NCBI GenBank assembly: GCA_947503365.1
Contig: CANNDT010000007.1
Span: forward strand, 18,812-82,811
DNA length: 64,000 bases
Reading direction: 5' to 3'
From: Acidobacteriota bacterium
GTDB lineage: Bacteria > Acidobacteriota > Vicinamibacteria > Vicinamibacterales > UBA2999
Part shown: one piece after another, positions 21,752 to 33,013 of the stretch
Layout: every line of letters starts with the position of its first letter
How positions within the stretch are numbered: position 1 is the first letter of the stretch
Translations under genes and position numbers: made by a program
The notes under the pieces: generated by a model
What the model saw: only the letters and a program-made list of their open reading frames with translations
What the model was told of the DNA's origin: nothing
Database searches by the model: none

Positions 21752-22452
21752 TACGCCGCCGATGTCCTGGTGGTCCGGCGCTCGATCAGCTTCTCGTATG
21801 CGCCGCCATGAAGAATGTGTTTGACGAAGATCCCTGGCGTGACCACGGTCTCGGGATCGATCTCGCCGGGCTCGACGAGATGCTCGACCTCGGCGATGGT
21901 GATCGTGGCCGCGGTCGCCATCACCGGATTGAAATTCCTGGCGGTCTTCCGGTACACGAGGTTGCCCAGCCGGTCACCTCGATACGCCTTGACCAACGCG
22001 AAGTCGGCGTGAAGCGGCGCTTCGAGGATGTAGGGCCGGCCATCGATCATGCGCGTCTCTTTGCCTTCGGCGACGACGGTGCCGTAGCCGGTCGGGGTGA
22101 AGAACCCGCCGACGCCGGCGCCACCCGCCCGGATGCGCTCGGCAAACGTGCCCTGCGGCACCAGCTCGAACGCCAGCTCCCCGCTCAGCGCCTGCCGTTC
22201 GAACTCCTTGTTCTCGCCGACGTAGGTTGCGATGATCTTCTTGATTTGCTTCGCATACAGCAGCACGCCGGCGCCGTAATCGTCGATGCCGGCGTTGTTG
22301 CTGATGATCGTCAGATCCTTGGTGCCGCGGGCGTGCAGCGCGTTGATCAGTTTTTCGGGCACGCCGCAGACGCCAAATCCGCCGACCATGATCGACGCCC
22401 CGTCGGGAATCATCGCCACCGCTGCGGCGGCGCTCTCGAGCACCTTGTTCAT
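21751..22452 (-). CDS. scoA: 3-oxoacid CoA-transferase subunit A
   Basis: MNKVLES...[25 protein letters not shown]; start at 22452 with TATAAT 6 nt upstream. Confidence 0.93.
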
Positions 22453-22559
22453 CAGCTGATTATAGGTCGCGGGACCATCTGCTCGACTCCGGCGCATCCG
22501 AAGGACATGCATGCTGCTGACACGCCGTGACGCGACCGGCCGAACGTGAGGCCGGATCG

Positions 22560-22652
22560 GGCTCGAGACGCTCTCCCAGGCGCTGCAGGCGCGCATGGTC
22601 GCGTCATCGCGGCACCAGTCGGTGATGAGAAGCGCTCCTCCCGGTCGCAGCT
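22560..22652 (-). pseudogene. Fragment of a class I SAM-dependent methyltransferase
   Basis: QLRPGGALLITDWCRDDATMRAC resembles the LxPGG-x-L-x-I-x-DW segment of UbiE-like methyltransferases; no N-terminal part is present. Confidence 0.5.
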
Positions 22653-22684
22653 GGTATTTGTCGGCTGCTTGAGGCATTCCGCTC

Positions 22685-22708
22685 ATGCGGCTACAATTGT
22701 AGCCACAT
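22685..22708. promoter_or_regulatory. Putative antitoxin operator overlapping a -10 element
   Basis: Perfect palindrome GGCTACAATTGTAGCC (22689-22704) containing TACAAT, 14 nt upstream of the antitoxin ATG. Confidence 0.7.
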
Positions 22709-22718
22709 CGAGGTTGTC

Positions 22719-22976
22719 ATGAAGATTGGGATTCGGGATCTCAAGGCGCGCGCCCCCCAGGTGATCCGCGAAGTTCGTGAAACGGGCGAAAGCGTGGAAA
22801 TTACCTATCGCGGTACGGTCGTCGCCAGGCTGACCCCGGCCCAAGACTCCCGCGGCTACGGCGATTTCGCGACCGCCTGGAAGCATTTCGACGACGTGGT
22901 TCGGGAGATCGGGAAGCGGACCAAGGGCCGGAAGCCCAAGGTCAAGGGCAGCGCCGCCTGGCGACGAGACCTGTGA
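22719..22976 (+). CDS. Phd/YefM family antitoxin
   Basis: MKIGIRDLK...VEITYRGTVVARLTP. Confidence 0.88.
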   Translation: MKIGIRDLKARAPQVIREVRETGESVEITYRGTVVARLTPAQDSRGYGDFATAWKHFDDVVREIGKRTKGRKPKVKGSAAWRRDL

Positions 22977-23392
22977 GCATCGTCCTCGACGCCAGCATCT
23001 GGGTCAGCGCGTCGATTCCCGCTGATGCCCACCATCACTCAACCCGCTCCTGGCTGGCCGGATTGTCGGCCCGCGTCACGCTGGTCAGCCCGGCGCTGGG
23101 ACTCGTGGAAACAGCTGGTGCCGTGTCGCGGCGAACCGGCTCCCCGACGCTCGCGCGTCAGATCGTCGCCGCGATCGAACAGCTGCCAAATGTCATCATC
23201 GTGATCCCCGATGCGGAGCTGTGGACGCTCTCGATCGAGAGCGCGGCCGGCCGCCGCCTGCGGGGATCCGACGCCATGTACGTGGCGCTCGCGCACGCGC
23301 TTCGCCTTCCGCTGGCGACATGGGACGCCGATCAGCGGAAGAAGGCGGCGCCCCACGTCCGGGTGATTACGCCCGCTCCGGCATCACCGTAA
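22973..23392 (+). CDS. vapC: VapC/PIN toxin
   Basis: IVLDASIW, conserved E, DAMYVALA, LATWD; GTGA overlap with the antitoxin. Confidence 0.9.
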   Translation: MSIVLDASIWVSASIPADAHHHSTRSWLAGLSARVTLVSPALGLVETAGAVSRRTGSPTLARQIVAAIEQLPNVIIVIPDAELWTLSIESAAGRRLRGSDAMYVALAHALRLPLATWDADQRKKAAPHVRVITPAPASP

Positions 23393-23396
23393 TCCG

Positions 23397-24137
23397 CTAC
23401 TGCAGCGGCACGTCGGGAACGGTGGGATGGCTCGGCAGCGTGTAGGGGTCCATCGGCTTCAGCGCTGTCTGCTTCTCGTCCCGGTTGTGAAAGATCCAGT
23501 CGTAGAAGCCGGCGGTGGTGACGCGCAGGGTCACCGGCTGATCGCTCGTGTTCTCCCAGAACCAGCCGTGGACGCCGGTGCTCGGCGCGACGAACGTGCC
23601 GTGCCCCTCGCTCTTGCCGTCGCCGTAGTCGAGGTCGTAGCTCTCGAAGTAATCGGACCCGCCGCCGGGCGGCGTGACATCGGGCTCGCCGTGGAACTCG
23701 AAGCGGACGTTCCTGCTGGTTTCCCAGGAATAGACGAGTCCACTCCCCTTCTTCATGTTGTATTTGATTTCCATGCCCTCTTTGGGCGCGAGCGTCATCT
23801 CCCTCGAGTCGACCTGGTAGCGGCTCGGTCGTGCGATCAACGCGCCCTTGACCTTGGGGGCCTCGCCTGCCTTTCCTGCTTCGAGGACCGGCATGATGGT
23901 CGCGTCCGGAGTGGCGGCTGACGCGACCGCCGCCGCCGGCTCCGGCTCCGCCTCGATCTCGCCGAGATTGCTCAAGCCGAGCGCCTGGCCGGTGCCGAGG
24001 GGATCGATGCCGTACTCCGCAGGCAGGACGGCGGTGACGAGCACCACTCCGGCCACGATGAGCGCCACGAGCACGGCCAGCCCGAGTTTCCGTCCTGCAA
24101 CCGCCTGCGCCGGCGGCATTCCTGTGGTGTCATTCAT
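23397..24137 (-). CDS. Membrane-anchored protein (LPAEYGIDPLG family), possibly metal-binding
   Basis: TM helix followed by VLPAEYGIDPLGTG; C-terminal FHGEP, GHGTF, GVHGWFW motifs. Confidence 0.78.
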   Translation of the reverse strand: MNDTTGMPPAQAVAGRKLGLAVLVALIVAGVVLVTAVLPAEYGIDPLGTGQALGLSNLGEIEAEPEPAAAVASAATPDATIMPVLEAGKAGEAPKVKGALIARPSRYQVDSREMTLAPKEGMEIKYNMKKGSGLVYSWETSRNVRFEFHGEPDVTPPGGGSDYFESYDLDYGDGKSEGHGTFVAPSTGVHGWFWENTSDQPVTLRVTTAGFYDWIFHNRDEKQTALKPMDPYTLPSHPTVPDVPLQ

Positions 24138-24142
24138 CGTCT

Positions 24143-25027
24143 CTACTCCCGGCCCTTCATCAGCTCCGCACGCCACTTGGCGGCCTCGTCGAAGATCGTG
24201 TCGATCGTGTCGCCCCGGTGCAGATTGTCTCTCATTTCGGTCAGACAGGCGATCATCAAGTCGAGGGCATCGCCGATGGCGTCCGCGTTGGTCGCGCAGA
24301 TGTCCCGCCACACGCTGGCGGGGCTCGACGCGAGCCGAGTCGTATCCGCAAGTCCCCGGCCGCCCATCCGGATGCCGCCCGGCGGCGTCGCGCGGCCGAC
24401 GACTTCCATCAGCGCGCTTGCCGTGAGTTGTGGGAGATGACTGACGAAGGCCATCAGGCGGTCGTGCTGATCCGCGTCCATGGTCGTCGGCGTCGCGCCG
24501 AGACCCGTCACGAACTGCGATAGCCGGGCAACGGCGTCGTCGCGTGAATCGCCGGCCCCAGGCGGCGGGGCGCCCGCTGGCGTGAAGATCCAGGGACGCC
24601 CTGCGAAGAGATCCGGCCGGGCAAATCCGAACCCGCCGCGCTCGGCGCCACTCAGCGGATGGCCGCCGACAAAGGTCGCCGAAAGCGGAAGCCCGCGCGC
24701 GGCATCGACGATGGCCCGCTTGGTGCCGCCGACATCGGTGATGACGACCTTGTCTGGACGATTGGATGCGAGCTGCTTCAGCAGCTCGATATTCTGATTC
24801 ACCGGGGCCGCAAGCACGATCAGATCGACCGCGGGCAGGGCGGCCACGCTCTCGAACGCCCGATCGATCGCGGCGCTCCCCATCGCGTGGGCAAGCACCG
24901 ACGGGGTATCCACACCTGCCAGGCGAGACGCCGGCCACCGCTCGCGCACAGCCAGCGCAATCGACCCGCCAATAAGGCCGAGTCCGACGATGGCGATGCT
25001 ATTGAACGGAGGGTCTGTGGGGGACAT
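24143..25027 (-). CDS. tyrA: Prephenate/arogenate dehydrogenase
   Basis: GLGLIGGS, TDVGGTK, GGHPLSG, SHLPQL. Confidence 0.93.
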   Translation of the reverse strand: MSPTDPPFNSIAIVGLGLIGGSIALAVRERWPASRLAGVDTPSVLAHAMGSAAIDRAFESVAALPAVDLIVLAAPVNQNIELLKQLASNRPDKVVITDVGGTKRAIVDAARGLPLSATFVGGHPLSGAERGGFGFARPDLFAGRPWIFTPAGAPPPGAGDSRDDAVARLSQFVTGLGATPTTMDADQHDRLMAFVSHLPQLTASALMEVVGRATPPGGIRMGGRGLADTTRLASSPASVWRDICATNADAIGDALDLMIACLTEMRDNLHRGDTIDTIFDEAAKWRAELMKGRE

Positions 25028-25032
25028 TCGTC

Positions 25033-25122
25033 AACTCCCAACTCCCAACTCCGCAACTCCCAAGTGATTGGGATTTCCTGGGAGTTGGGGATTGGGTATT
25101 GGGTATTGGGTATTGGGAGTTG
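25033..25122. repeat. Heptamer tandem inverted element (CAACTCC)n ... (TTGGGAG/TTGGGTA)n
   Basis: caactcccaactcccaactccgcaactcccaa-spacer-tgggagttgggattgggtattgggtattgggtattgggagttg between the aroF stop and the tyrA start. Confidence 0.88.
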
Positions 25123-26169
25123 TTACCGTGCCCATCCGCGGCGAGCCACCGGCTCGAGGCAGATCCCGCGTCCGATGGCCGGCGCGATGATCCGGAGCTC
25201 GGCCATCAGCCGATCGAACTGCGCCGGGAACATCGACTGCGCGCCGTCGCTCAGCGCGTGATCGGGATCGTTGTGCACCTCGATGATCAGGCCATCCGCC
25301 CCGGCGGCGACCGCCGCGCGCGCCAACTGCGCCACCATGTCGCGCCGTCCGGCGCCGTGGCTCGGGTCGGCCACGATCGGCAGGTGGCTCAACTTCTTGA
25401 CGACGGGGATTGCCGAGATGTCGAACGTGTTCCGCGTCGCCGTTTCGAAGGTGCGGATGCCGCGCTCGCACAGGATGACGTCGTTGTTGCCGCCTGCCAG
25501 GATGTATTCCGCCGACAGCAGCCACTCTTCGATCGTCGCCGAGATCCCGCGCTTCAGCAGCACCGGCTTGTGGTGGTAGCCGAGCTCACGCAGCAGCGTG
25601 TAGTTCTGCATGTTGCGGGCGCCGACCTGGAAGATGTCGCAGTACTTTTCGATCAGCTCGATCTGGCTGATGTCCATGACCTCGGACACGAGCTTCAGGT
25701 TGTGGGCGTCCGCGGCGCGCCGCAGCATCTGGAGCCCCTTCTCGCCGTGGCCCTGGAAGCTGTAGGGAGAACTGCGCGGCTTGAACGCGCCGCCGCGGAA
25801 GATCTTGGCGCCCGCGCGCTTGACGGCGGCCGCCGATGCCTGGCACTGCTCGTCGGTTTCCGCCGAGCAGGGACCGGCCATCACGATGACTTCATCGCCG
25901 CCTATTCGCACATCGTCGATGACGACGACGGTGTCTTCCGGGTGGTAGGTACGGCTGGCGCGCTTGTAGGGCTCGGAGATGCGCAGCACTTCGTGGACGC
26001 CGTCGAGAATTTCGATCATCTCTTTCTCGACTTTGTCGGTGCCGACCACGCCGAGCACCGTGCGGGTCGCGCCCGACGACCGGTGAACGTCCATTCCGAG
26101 CTCGATGAGGCGGGCAATCACCGCGTCAATCTGCAACTCGCTCGCCCGCTCGCTCATTACTACGACCAT
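25123..26169 (-). CDS. aroF: DAHP synthase class I-beta with N-terminal regulatory domain
   Basis: [42 protein letters not shown]. Confidence 0.95.
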   Translation of the reverse strand: MVVVMSERASELQIDAVIARLIELGMDVHRSSGATRTVLGVVGTDKVEKEMIEILDGVHEVLRISEPYKRASRTYHPEDTVVVIDDVRIGGDEVIVMAGPCSAETDEQCQASAAAVKRAGAKIFRGGAFKPRSSPYSFQGHGEKGLQMLRRAADAHNLKLVSEVMDISQIELIEKYCDIFQVGARNMQNYTLLRELGYHHKPVLLKRGISATIEEWLLSAEYILAGGNNDVILCERGIRTFETATRNTFDISAIPVVKKLSHLPIVADPSHGAGRRDMVAQLARAAVAAGADGLIIEVHNDPDHALSDGAQSMFPAQFDRLMAELRIIAPAIGRGICLEPVARRGWAR

Positions 26170-26173
26170 GACA

Positions 26174-26482
26174 TTACTCTCCGGTTGAAGGACCGCTGCT
26201 GTCCCGGCGTTCGCTGACGACGCGCTCGGCGCGCCGCGCTTCATCGATAATCCGCTCGAAGATCCGGACGACCGCTTCGGCTGTCAGCGGTCCCGAGAGA
26301 TCCGTCGCCGACTTCCTCACGCTCGCCAGCACCTTGGATTCCCGGTCCGGCTGATAAATGGGCAGCCCCGCTTCGTGCTTCAGCCGCCCGACTTCCACGG
26401 CGCATGCGACGCGCACGTTGAGGAGGCGCACCAGCTGATCGTCGATGACGTCGATCCGGCCGCGCAGTTCCTCGATGCTCAT
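26174..26482 (-). CDS. Chorismate mutase (AroQ)
   Basis: [24 protein letters not shown]. Confidence 0.92.
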   Translation of the reverse strand: MSIEELRGRIDVIDDQLVRLLNVRVACAVEVGRLKHEAGLPIYQPDRESKVLASVRKSATDLSGPLTAEAVVRIFERIIDEARRAERVVSERRDSSGPSTGE

Positions 26483-27267
26483 GACTTCAGCCACCGCACA
26501 TACTCCTCTACGCGTGTCGTCAGATCGTCTGATGCGCCGGCCTCGGCAATGACGTTCACGAGCGCGCTGCCGACGACGGCGGCGTCGGCCCATTGCCCCA
26601 CTTCGCGCACGTGTTCCGGCTTCGAGATGCCAAATCCGATGGCGATCGGCAGGGTGCTCACGGCCCGAATCCGCTCGACCATTTCCTGGGCGCCCGATGC
26701 CACCTGGTCGCGGGCCCCGGTCACGCCGAGCCGCGAGATCGCATAGAGAAAGCCGCTGCCAAGCGCCGCGGCCTTGCGCAATCGTTGGTCGGTCGTCGTC
26801 GGACTGAGCAGAAGAATTGTATCAATCCCCCGCGCCGCCAGCAGACCTCGAAAGCTGTCTGCCTCCTCGATGGGCAGGTCGAGCACCAGCACGCCGTCCA
26901 CGCCAGCCTCGCGCGCCCGATCCGCGAAACGCTCGGCGCCGAGCCGCAGGATGGGATTGGCGTAGCTGAAGATCACGATCGGCGCCCGCAGCTCAGCGCG
27001 CGAGCGCCCGATCAGGTCGAGCACGCCCGACAGGGTCGTCCCTGAGGCCAATGCCCGCTCCGTGGCTCGCTGGATCACCGGGCCGTCGGCCAGCGGATCC
27101 GAGAACGGCACGCCGACTTCGATGACATCTGCCCCGGCGCGATCGAGCGCGGACAGAATCCCCGCGGTCTTTCCGAGGTCCGGATCGCCGGCGGTGATGT
27201 AGGTGACCAGGCCGGTCTTGCCTTCGGCGCGCAGCCGCTCGAATGTCTCCGCCAGACGGCGGGTCAT
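26479..27267 (-). CDS. trpA: Tryptophan synthase alpha
   Basis: [26 protein letters not shown]. Confidence 0.97.
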   Translation of the reverse strand: MTRRLAETFERLRAEGKTGLVTYITAGDPDLGKTAGILSALDRAGADVIEVGVPFSDPLADGPVIQRATERALASGTTLSGVLDLIGRSRAELRAPIVIFSYANPILRLGAERFADRAREAGVDGVLVLDLPIEEADSFRGLLAARGIDTILLLSPTTTDQRLRKAAALGSGFLYAISRLGVTGARDQVASGAQEMVERIRAVSTLPIAIGFGISKPEHVREVGQWADAAVVGSALVNVIAEAGASDDLTTRVEEYVRWLKS

Positions 27268-28484
27268 TTCAACGCTTCCACGACGCTCTGCACGTCCTTG
27301 TCGCCCCGTCCCGAGAGGTTGATCAGGATGATCGTCCCCTCCTTGACCTCGCGCGCCAGCCGCATCGTGTAGGCGACGGCGTGCGCCGACTCGAGTGCCG
27401 GGAGGATCCCTTCGCGCCGGGCAAGCGTCTGAAATCCCTCGAGCGCCTCGGCATCCGAGATGTTCACGTATTCGGTGCGGCCCAGGTCACGGAGCCACGC
27501 GTGCTCGGGCCCAACCGCCGCGTAGTCGAGCCCCGCTGAAATGGAATGCGTCGGCTCGATGTTGCCGGCCTCATCCTGGAGGATGAAGGTTCGCGTCCCC
27601 TGCAGCACGCCGGTGCTGCCACCGGCGAAGCGAGCCGCGTGTCGTCCGGGTGCGATGCGCTCACCGCCGGCCTCGACGCCAATCAGTCGGACGGAGGGGT
27701 CGTCGATGAATCCGTCGAAGATGCCCATGGCGTTGCTGCCGCCGCCCACGCACGCCACGACAATGTCAGGCAGCCGTCCGACCTGGTCGAGCATCTGCTG
27801 GCGCGCCTCGCGGCCGATGACCGACTGAAACTCACGGACCATCAATGGATACGGATGCGGACCCAGCGCCGAGCCGAGCAGGTAGTACGTGTCGGTGACG
27901 TTGGCCACCCAGTCGCGCATCGCTTCATTGATCGCGTCCTTCAGGGTGCAGCTGCCGGCGGTGACCTCGCTGACGGTGGCGCCCAGCAGGCGCATCCGGA
28001 CGACGTTCAACGCCTGGCGCCGCATGTCCTCGGAGCCCATGTAGACGACGCACTCGAGGCCGAGGAGCGCGCAGGCGGTGGCGGTTGCCACACCGTGCTG
28101 CCCCGCGCCCGTTTCAGCGACGACGCGGCGCTTGCCCATGCGCTTGGCAAGCAGCGCCTGCCCCATCGCGTTGTTGATCTTGTGCGCGCCCGTGTGCGTG
28201 AGGTCCTCGCGCTTGAGGAGCACGCGAACGGGCGCATCCACGAGACGCCGCGTCTCGTAGAGCGGCGTGGGACGTCCCACGTAATGCGCCAGCAGGTCGT
28301 CGAGCTCGTCGCTGAAGGCCGCGTCGGCGCGCGCCGCGAAGTATCCGGCCGTGAGCTCCTCAATCGGCGCCACCAGCGTCTCCGGCACGAACCGGCCGCC
28401 GTAGGCGCCAAAGTACCCACGGGCGTCGGGATCCCGCCGGCCGAACAGCGGCCGGTCCGCGATCGCCGAACTATCTTTTTCCAT
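27264..28484 (-). CDS. trpB: Tryptophan synthase beta
   Basis: [28 protein letters not shown]. Confidence 0.97.
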   Translation of the reverse strand: MEKDSSAIADRPLFGRRDPDARGYFGAYGGRFVPETLVAPIEELTAGYFAARADAAFSDELDDLLAHYVGRPTPLYETRRLVDAPVRVLLKREDLTHTGAHKINNAMGQALLAKRMGKRRVVAETGAGQHGVATATACALLGLECVVYMGSEDMRRQALNVVRMRLLGATVSEVTAGSCTLKDAINEAMRDWVANVTDTYYLLGSALGPHPYPLMVREFQSVIGREARQQMLDQVGRLPDIVVACVGGGSNAMGIFDGFIDDPSVRLIGVEAGGERIAPGRHAARFAGGSTGVLQGTRTFILQDEAGNIEPTHSISAGLDYAAVGPEHAWLRDLGRTEYVNISDAEALEGFQTLARREGILPALESAHAVAYTMRLAREVKEGTIILINLSGRGDKDVQSVVEALK

Positions 28485-29097
28485 GTTCTTCAAATGCATG
28501 CCGCGCGTTCTCCAGAAATCGCGCTACCTTGTCAAAGTTCTTCACGCCGGGCGACTCTTCGACACCCGATGACACATCCACACCAAACGGCCGCACGGCG
28601 CCGATCGCCTGCGCCACGTTGAGCGGCGTCAGCCCGCCGGCCAGGACGACGCGCCGCGCCTGCGCAATCTCCGCCGCCTTGATCCAGTTCACACTCTCGC
28701 CGGTACCGCCCCGCCGCACGGGATCGATCGTGTCGAGCAGGAACGTTGTTTCTGCCGGCCACGCGCCGCACATCTCGCCGGCGTCCGCGACGGTCAGCGC
28801 ACGAAACACCGGCCATTCGAGCGCGTCGGCATAGATCGGCAGCTCCTCGCCATGCAGTTGGACGGCGTTGATCCCCGCACGCGCCACGACCGCTCGTATG
28901 CCGTCCACCGGTTCGTTCACGAAGACGCCAACGGCGGTCGTGCCCGAGGGCAGCTCGGCGATGATCTCTCGCGCGCGCTCCGGGGTGACGAACCGGGGGC
29001 TATGCGGCCAGAACACGAACCCGAGCGCCGACGCGCCCTGCTGCACGGCGTGAAGCGCGTCGGTGAGGCGTGTAATGCCGCAGATCTTGATGAACAT
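28471..29097 (-). CDS. trpF: Phosphoribosylanthranilate isomerase
   Basis: IKICGIT, QLHG, LAGGL, DVSSGVE. Confidence 0.96.
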   Translation of the reverse strand: MFIKICGITRLTDALHAVQQGASALGFVFWPHSPRFVTPERAREIIAELPSGTTAVGVFVNEPVDGIRAVVARAGINAVQLHGEELPIYADALEWPVFRALTVADAGEMCGAWPAETTFLLDTIDPVRRGGTGESVNWIKAAEIAQARRVVLAGGLTPLNVAQAIGAVRPFGVDVSSGVEESPGVKNFDKVARFLENARHAFEEHGKR

Positions 29098-29105
29098 CGC
29101 TAGAA

Positions 29106-29960
29106 CTACACAGTGCGGGGCGGACCTTCACGGTCCGCCTCGCGAGCCGTAAAGGCTCGCGCCGCATCGAGCTGGGTCAGACTTCGAATCGCTCCCGCTG
29201 GATCCGGATCCGTCATGAACCGCTCGCCGATCAGGAAGGCGCGATAGCCGGCCGCCGCGAGCCGTTCCAGATCCGCACGTGACTTGAGTCCGCTCTCGCT
29301 GACGCCGACGACGCCGCGGGGCAGCATCGCCGCCAGCTCGAACGACGCGTCCACGGCGACCGTGAGCGTCCGCAGGTTGCGATTGTTGACGCCGATGACG
29401 CGCGCCCCGCTATCGATCGCTCGCGTCATCTCCTCCTTGTCGTGCACCTCGACCAGCGTGGCGAGTCCGAGATCGCGAGCCTTCTCCTGCAACCGGACGA
29501 GATCGGCCTGCTCGAGCGCAGCGACGATCAGCAGCACCGCGTCCGCACCCACCGCGCGCGCCTCGAACAACTGGTATTGGTCGACGATGAAGTCCTTGCG
29601 CAGGATCGGCGTGTCGACGACGGCGCGAACGGCGGTGAGGTGCTCGAGTGCCCCATCAAAGAAGGTGGGCTCGGTGAGCACCGAGATGGCCGCGGCTCCG
29701 CCACGCTCGTACTGGCGGGCGATCGCGACCGGGTCGTAGTCGGCGGCCAGCACGCCCTTCGACGGAGACCGTCGCTTGCACTCAGCGATAACGTTGATGC
29801 GACCGGCCCGGCCTAGTTCGGCCTCGAAACGAGCACCCCGAGGCGACGCCAACCCCGCTCGCTGTTCGAGCGCCGCCAACGGCTCACGCTCGCGGCGCGA
29901 CGCCGTGATGCGCTCCGTGGCTGCGACGATCGTCCGCAGCAGGTCGGGCCCGGTACTCAT
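29106..29960 (-). CDS. trpC: Indole-3-glycerol phosphate synthase
   Basis: IAECKRRSPSKG, LRKDF, GVNNRNL, SESG. Confidence 0.96.
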   Translation of the reverse strand: MSTGPDLLRTIVAATERITASRREREPLAALEQRAGLASPRGARFEAELGRAGRINVIAECKRRSPSKGVLAADYDPVAIARQYERGGAAAISVLTEPTFFDGALEHLTAVRAVVDTPILRKDFIVDQYQLFEARAVGADAVLLIVAALEQADLVRLQEKARDLGLATLVEVHDKEEMTRAIDSGARVIGVNNRNLRTLTVAVDASFELAAMLPRGVVGVSESGLKSRADLERLAAAGYRAFLIGERFMTDPDPAGAIRSLTQLDAARAFTAREADREGPPRTV

Positions 29961-30975
29961 ACGGCCCCTGACTGCGAGACGCTCACCATCTTCTCGAGCG
30001 TCGCGCGCGCGGCACCCGAATCAATGGCAGCGGCGGCACGCGCGATTCCAGCGCGCACGTCGTTCACCTTCCCTGCCACGAAAAGCGCTGCACCGGCGTT
30101 GAGCAACACGACATCGCGGGGCGCACCCTTCCTGCCGTCAAGGACGCCACTCACGATCGCGGCGTTGGCGGAGGCGTTACCACCCTTCAAATCGACGGGT
30201 AACGCCTTGGTGATGCCGAAGTCAGCGGGATGGACGTAGAACGTGTGGACGGCGCCGGCCCGGCACTCGGAGACCTTGGTGTGACCGGTGCTGGAAATTT
30301 CGTCGATGCCGTCGGCGCCGTGCACGACCCAGGCGCGGTCGGAGCCGAGCAGCATCAGCGCCCGGGCCAGCAACTCGGTCAACTCGGGCCGCGGGACGCC
30401 GACGATCTGGCGACTCGCGCCGGCAGGATTCGTCAACGGCCCAAGCAGGTTGAACGCCGTGCGAATGCCAAGATCCTTCCGGACCGGGCCCGCATGCTTC
30501 ATCGATGGGTGAAAGGTCGGCGCGAAGAAGAAGGCGATGCCGGCGTCGTGCAGCGTCCGCTCGACGACGGCGGGAGTCGCCGCGATGTTGACGCCAAGCG
30601 TCTCGAAGACGTCCGCGCTGCCGCACTGACTCGACACCGACCGATTGCCGTGCTTTGCGACCTTGACGCCGCACGCGGCGACTACGATCGCCGCCGCCGA
30701 TGAAATGTTGAACGTGCCCGACCGATCGCCGCCGGTGCCGCAGGTGTCAAACACCTCGCCCGCTGGAGCCGACAGTTTCACCGAATGCTCTCGCATCGTC
30801 CGCGCAAACCCGACGATCTCCGCCGGCCGCTCGCCCTTCATCACCAGGCCGACGAGAAGCGCGCCGATCGCCGCTGCCGGTGCGCGGCCTTCCATCACCT
30901 CGCGCATGGCGGCCGCCGCCTCATCTTCGGTGAGGTCTTCGTGGCGGACGAGCTTCTCGAGGAGCGGGGTGAACA

Positions 30976-30979
<4 letters not shown>
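29957..30979 (-). CDS. trpD: Anthranilate phosphoribosyltransferase
   Basis: DTCGTGGD, NISS, KHGNR, FNLLGPL. Confidence 0.97.
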
Positions 30980-31542
<563 letters not shown>

Positions 31543-31545
31543 GGA

Positions 31546-33012
31546 TTACAACCCGCGCTGTGCCAGTTCGAGCGCCTGGATCACCGCGCGAGCCTTGTCG
31601 CGCGTCTCTTCGTATTCGGCCGCGGGATTCGAGTCGGCCACAATCCCCGCGCCCGCCTGGACGTAGGCATTCCCGCCTTCAATCACCATCGTCCGGATGG
31701 TGATGCAGAAATCGAGATTGCCGGCGAAGTCGAGGTACCCCACCGCGCCCGCATAGACGCCGCGCCGGCGGTTCTCGAGCTCCGCGATGATCTCCATGGC
31801 GCGAACCTTTGGAGCGCCTGAGACGGTCCCCGCCGGAAAACAGGCGACCAGCGCATCGAGCCGGTCGTGCTCGTCCGACAGGCGCCCCTCGACAATCGAG
31901 ACCAGGTGCATGACGTGAGAGTAGCGCTCGAGCGTCATGTAGGTTGGCACTTTCACCGACCCGTATGTCGCGACGCGCCCGATGTCGTTACGGCCGAGAT
32001 CGACCAGCATGACGTGCTCGGCGCGCTCCTTCTCGCTGCGCTTGAGCTCATCGGCCATCCGCAGATCTTCTTCCTCGGTCTTGCCCCGCGGCCGCGTGCC
32101 GGCGATCGGATGTGTCTGGATCTTGCGTCCTTCGACCCGCACCAGCATCTCCGGCGAGGAGCCGACAATCGAGCGGTCTCCCATCCGGATGAAATACATG
32201 TAGGGCGAGGGGTTGACGTGGCGCAGGGCGCGATAGGCGGTGAACGCATCGCCGCCGAACTTCGCCGCGAATCGCTGCGAGAGCACCACCTGGTAGACGT
32301 CGCCGGCCGCGATGTATTCCTTGGCCGTGCGCACGTTCCGCTCGAACTCATCCTGCGTCACGTTTGACGTGATCGTCAGCGGAGCGCCTTCGGCGGGGGC
32401 CGTCTTCGAGAGCGGCCGGTCGAGCTCGCGCTCGACGAACTCGATCTTGGCGCGGGCGAACTGATAGAGCGACTCGAGATCGTCATCGCCCGTGATCCGG
32501 GCATTCGCGATGATCAGGATGCGATGCCGCACGTGGTCGAACGCCAGCACCGTATCGAAGAGCATGAAGCCGGCTTCGTCCTCGTCCGGCGCCTCGCCCT
32601 GCAGCGTCACCGGCTCAAACCAGGCGGCCGCGTCGTAGCCGAGGTAACCGACGGCGCCGCCGGTGAAGCGCGGCAGGCCCGGCACGAAGGGCGAATTGAA
32701 CTTCGCCATCAACGTGCGGAGCATCGGGATGAACGGCTCGTCAGACTCGGACGTCACGCCCGCGCGGTCGACGATCGTCTTGCCGCCACGCGACCGAAGG
32801 ATCAGAAACGGATCCTTGCCCAGGAATGAGTAACGCCCGACCTGCTCGCCGCCTTCAACCGATTCCAGGAGAAACGCGTAGTCGGAGTGCTCGGCGATCT
32901 TCAGGAACGCCGAGACCGGCGTCAGCAGATCCGCGACGATCTCCTTATAGACGGGGACGAACGTGCCCCGCTGCGCCAGTTCCTTGAATTGCTCGAATGT
33001 CGTTATGTGCAT
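31546..33012 (-). CDS. trpE: Anthranilate synthase component I
   Basis: LLES, NPSPYM, PIAGT, EHVMLVDLGRND, GTVSGAPK. Confidence 0.97.
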   Translation of the reverse strand: MHITTFEQFKELAQRGTFVPVYKEIVADLLTPVSAFLKIAEHSDYAFLLESVEGGEQVGRYSFLGKDPFLILRSRGGKTIVDRAGVTSESDEPFIPMLRTLMAKFNSPFVPGLPRFTGGAVGYLGYDAAAWFEPVTLQGEAPDEDEAGFMLFDTVLAFDHVRHRILIIANARITGDDDLESLYQFARAKIEFVERELDRPLSKTAPAEGAPLTITSNVTQDEFERNVRTAKEYIAAGDVYQVVLSQRFAAKFGGDAFTAYRALRHVNPSPYMYFIRMGDRSIVGSSPEMLVRVEGRKIQTHPIAGTRPRGKTEEEDLRMADELKRSEKERAEHVMLVDLGRNDIGRVATYGSVKVPTYMTLERYSHVMHLVSIVEGRLSDEHDRLDALVACFPAGTVSGAPKVRAMEIIAELENRRRGVYAGAVGYLDFAGNLDFCITIRTMVIEGGNAYVQAGAGIVADSNPAAEYEETRDKARAVIQALELAQRGL

Positions 33013-33013
33013 G

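Noticed and set aside
22453-22686. Extended scoA N-terminus (311-aa ORF)
   Set aside because: Homology starts at MNKVLES, which has its own -10; the upstream part looks like a gene remnant.
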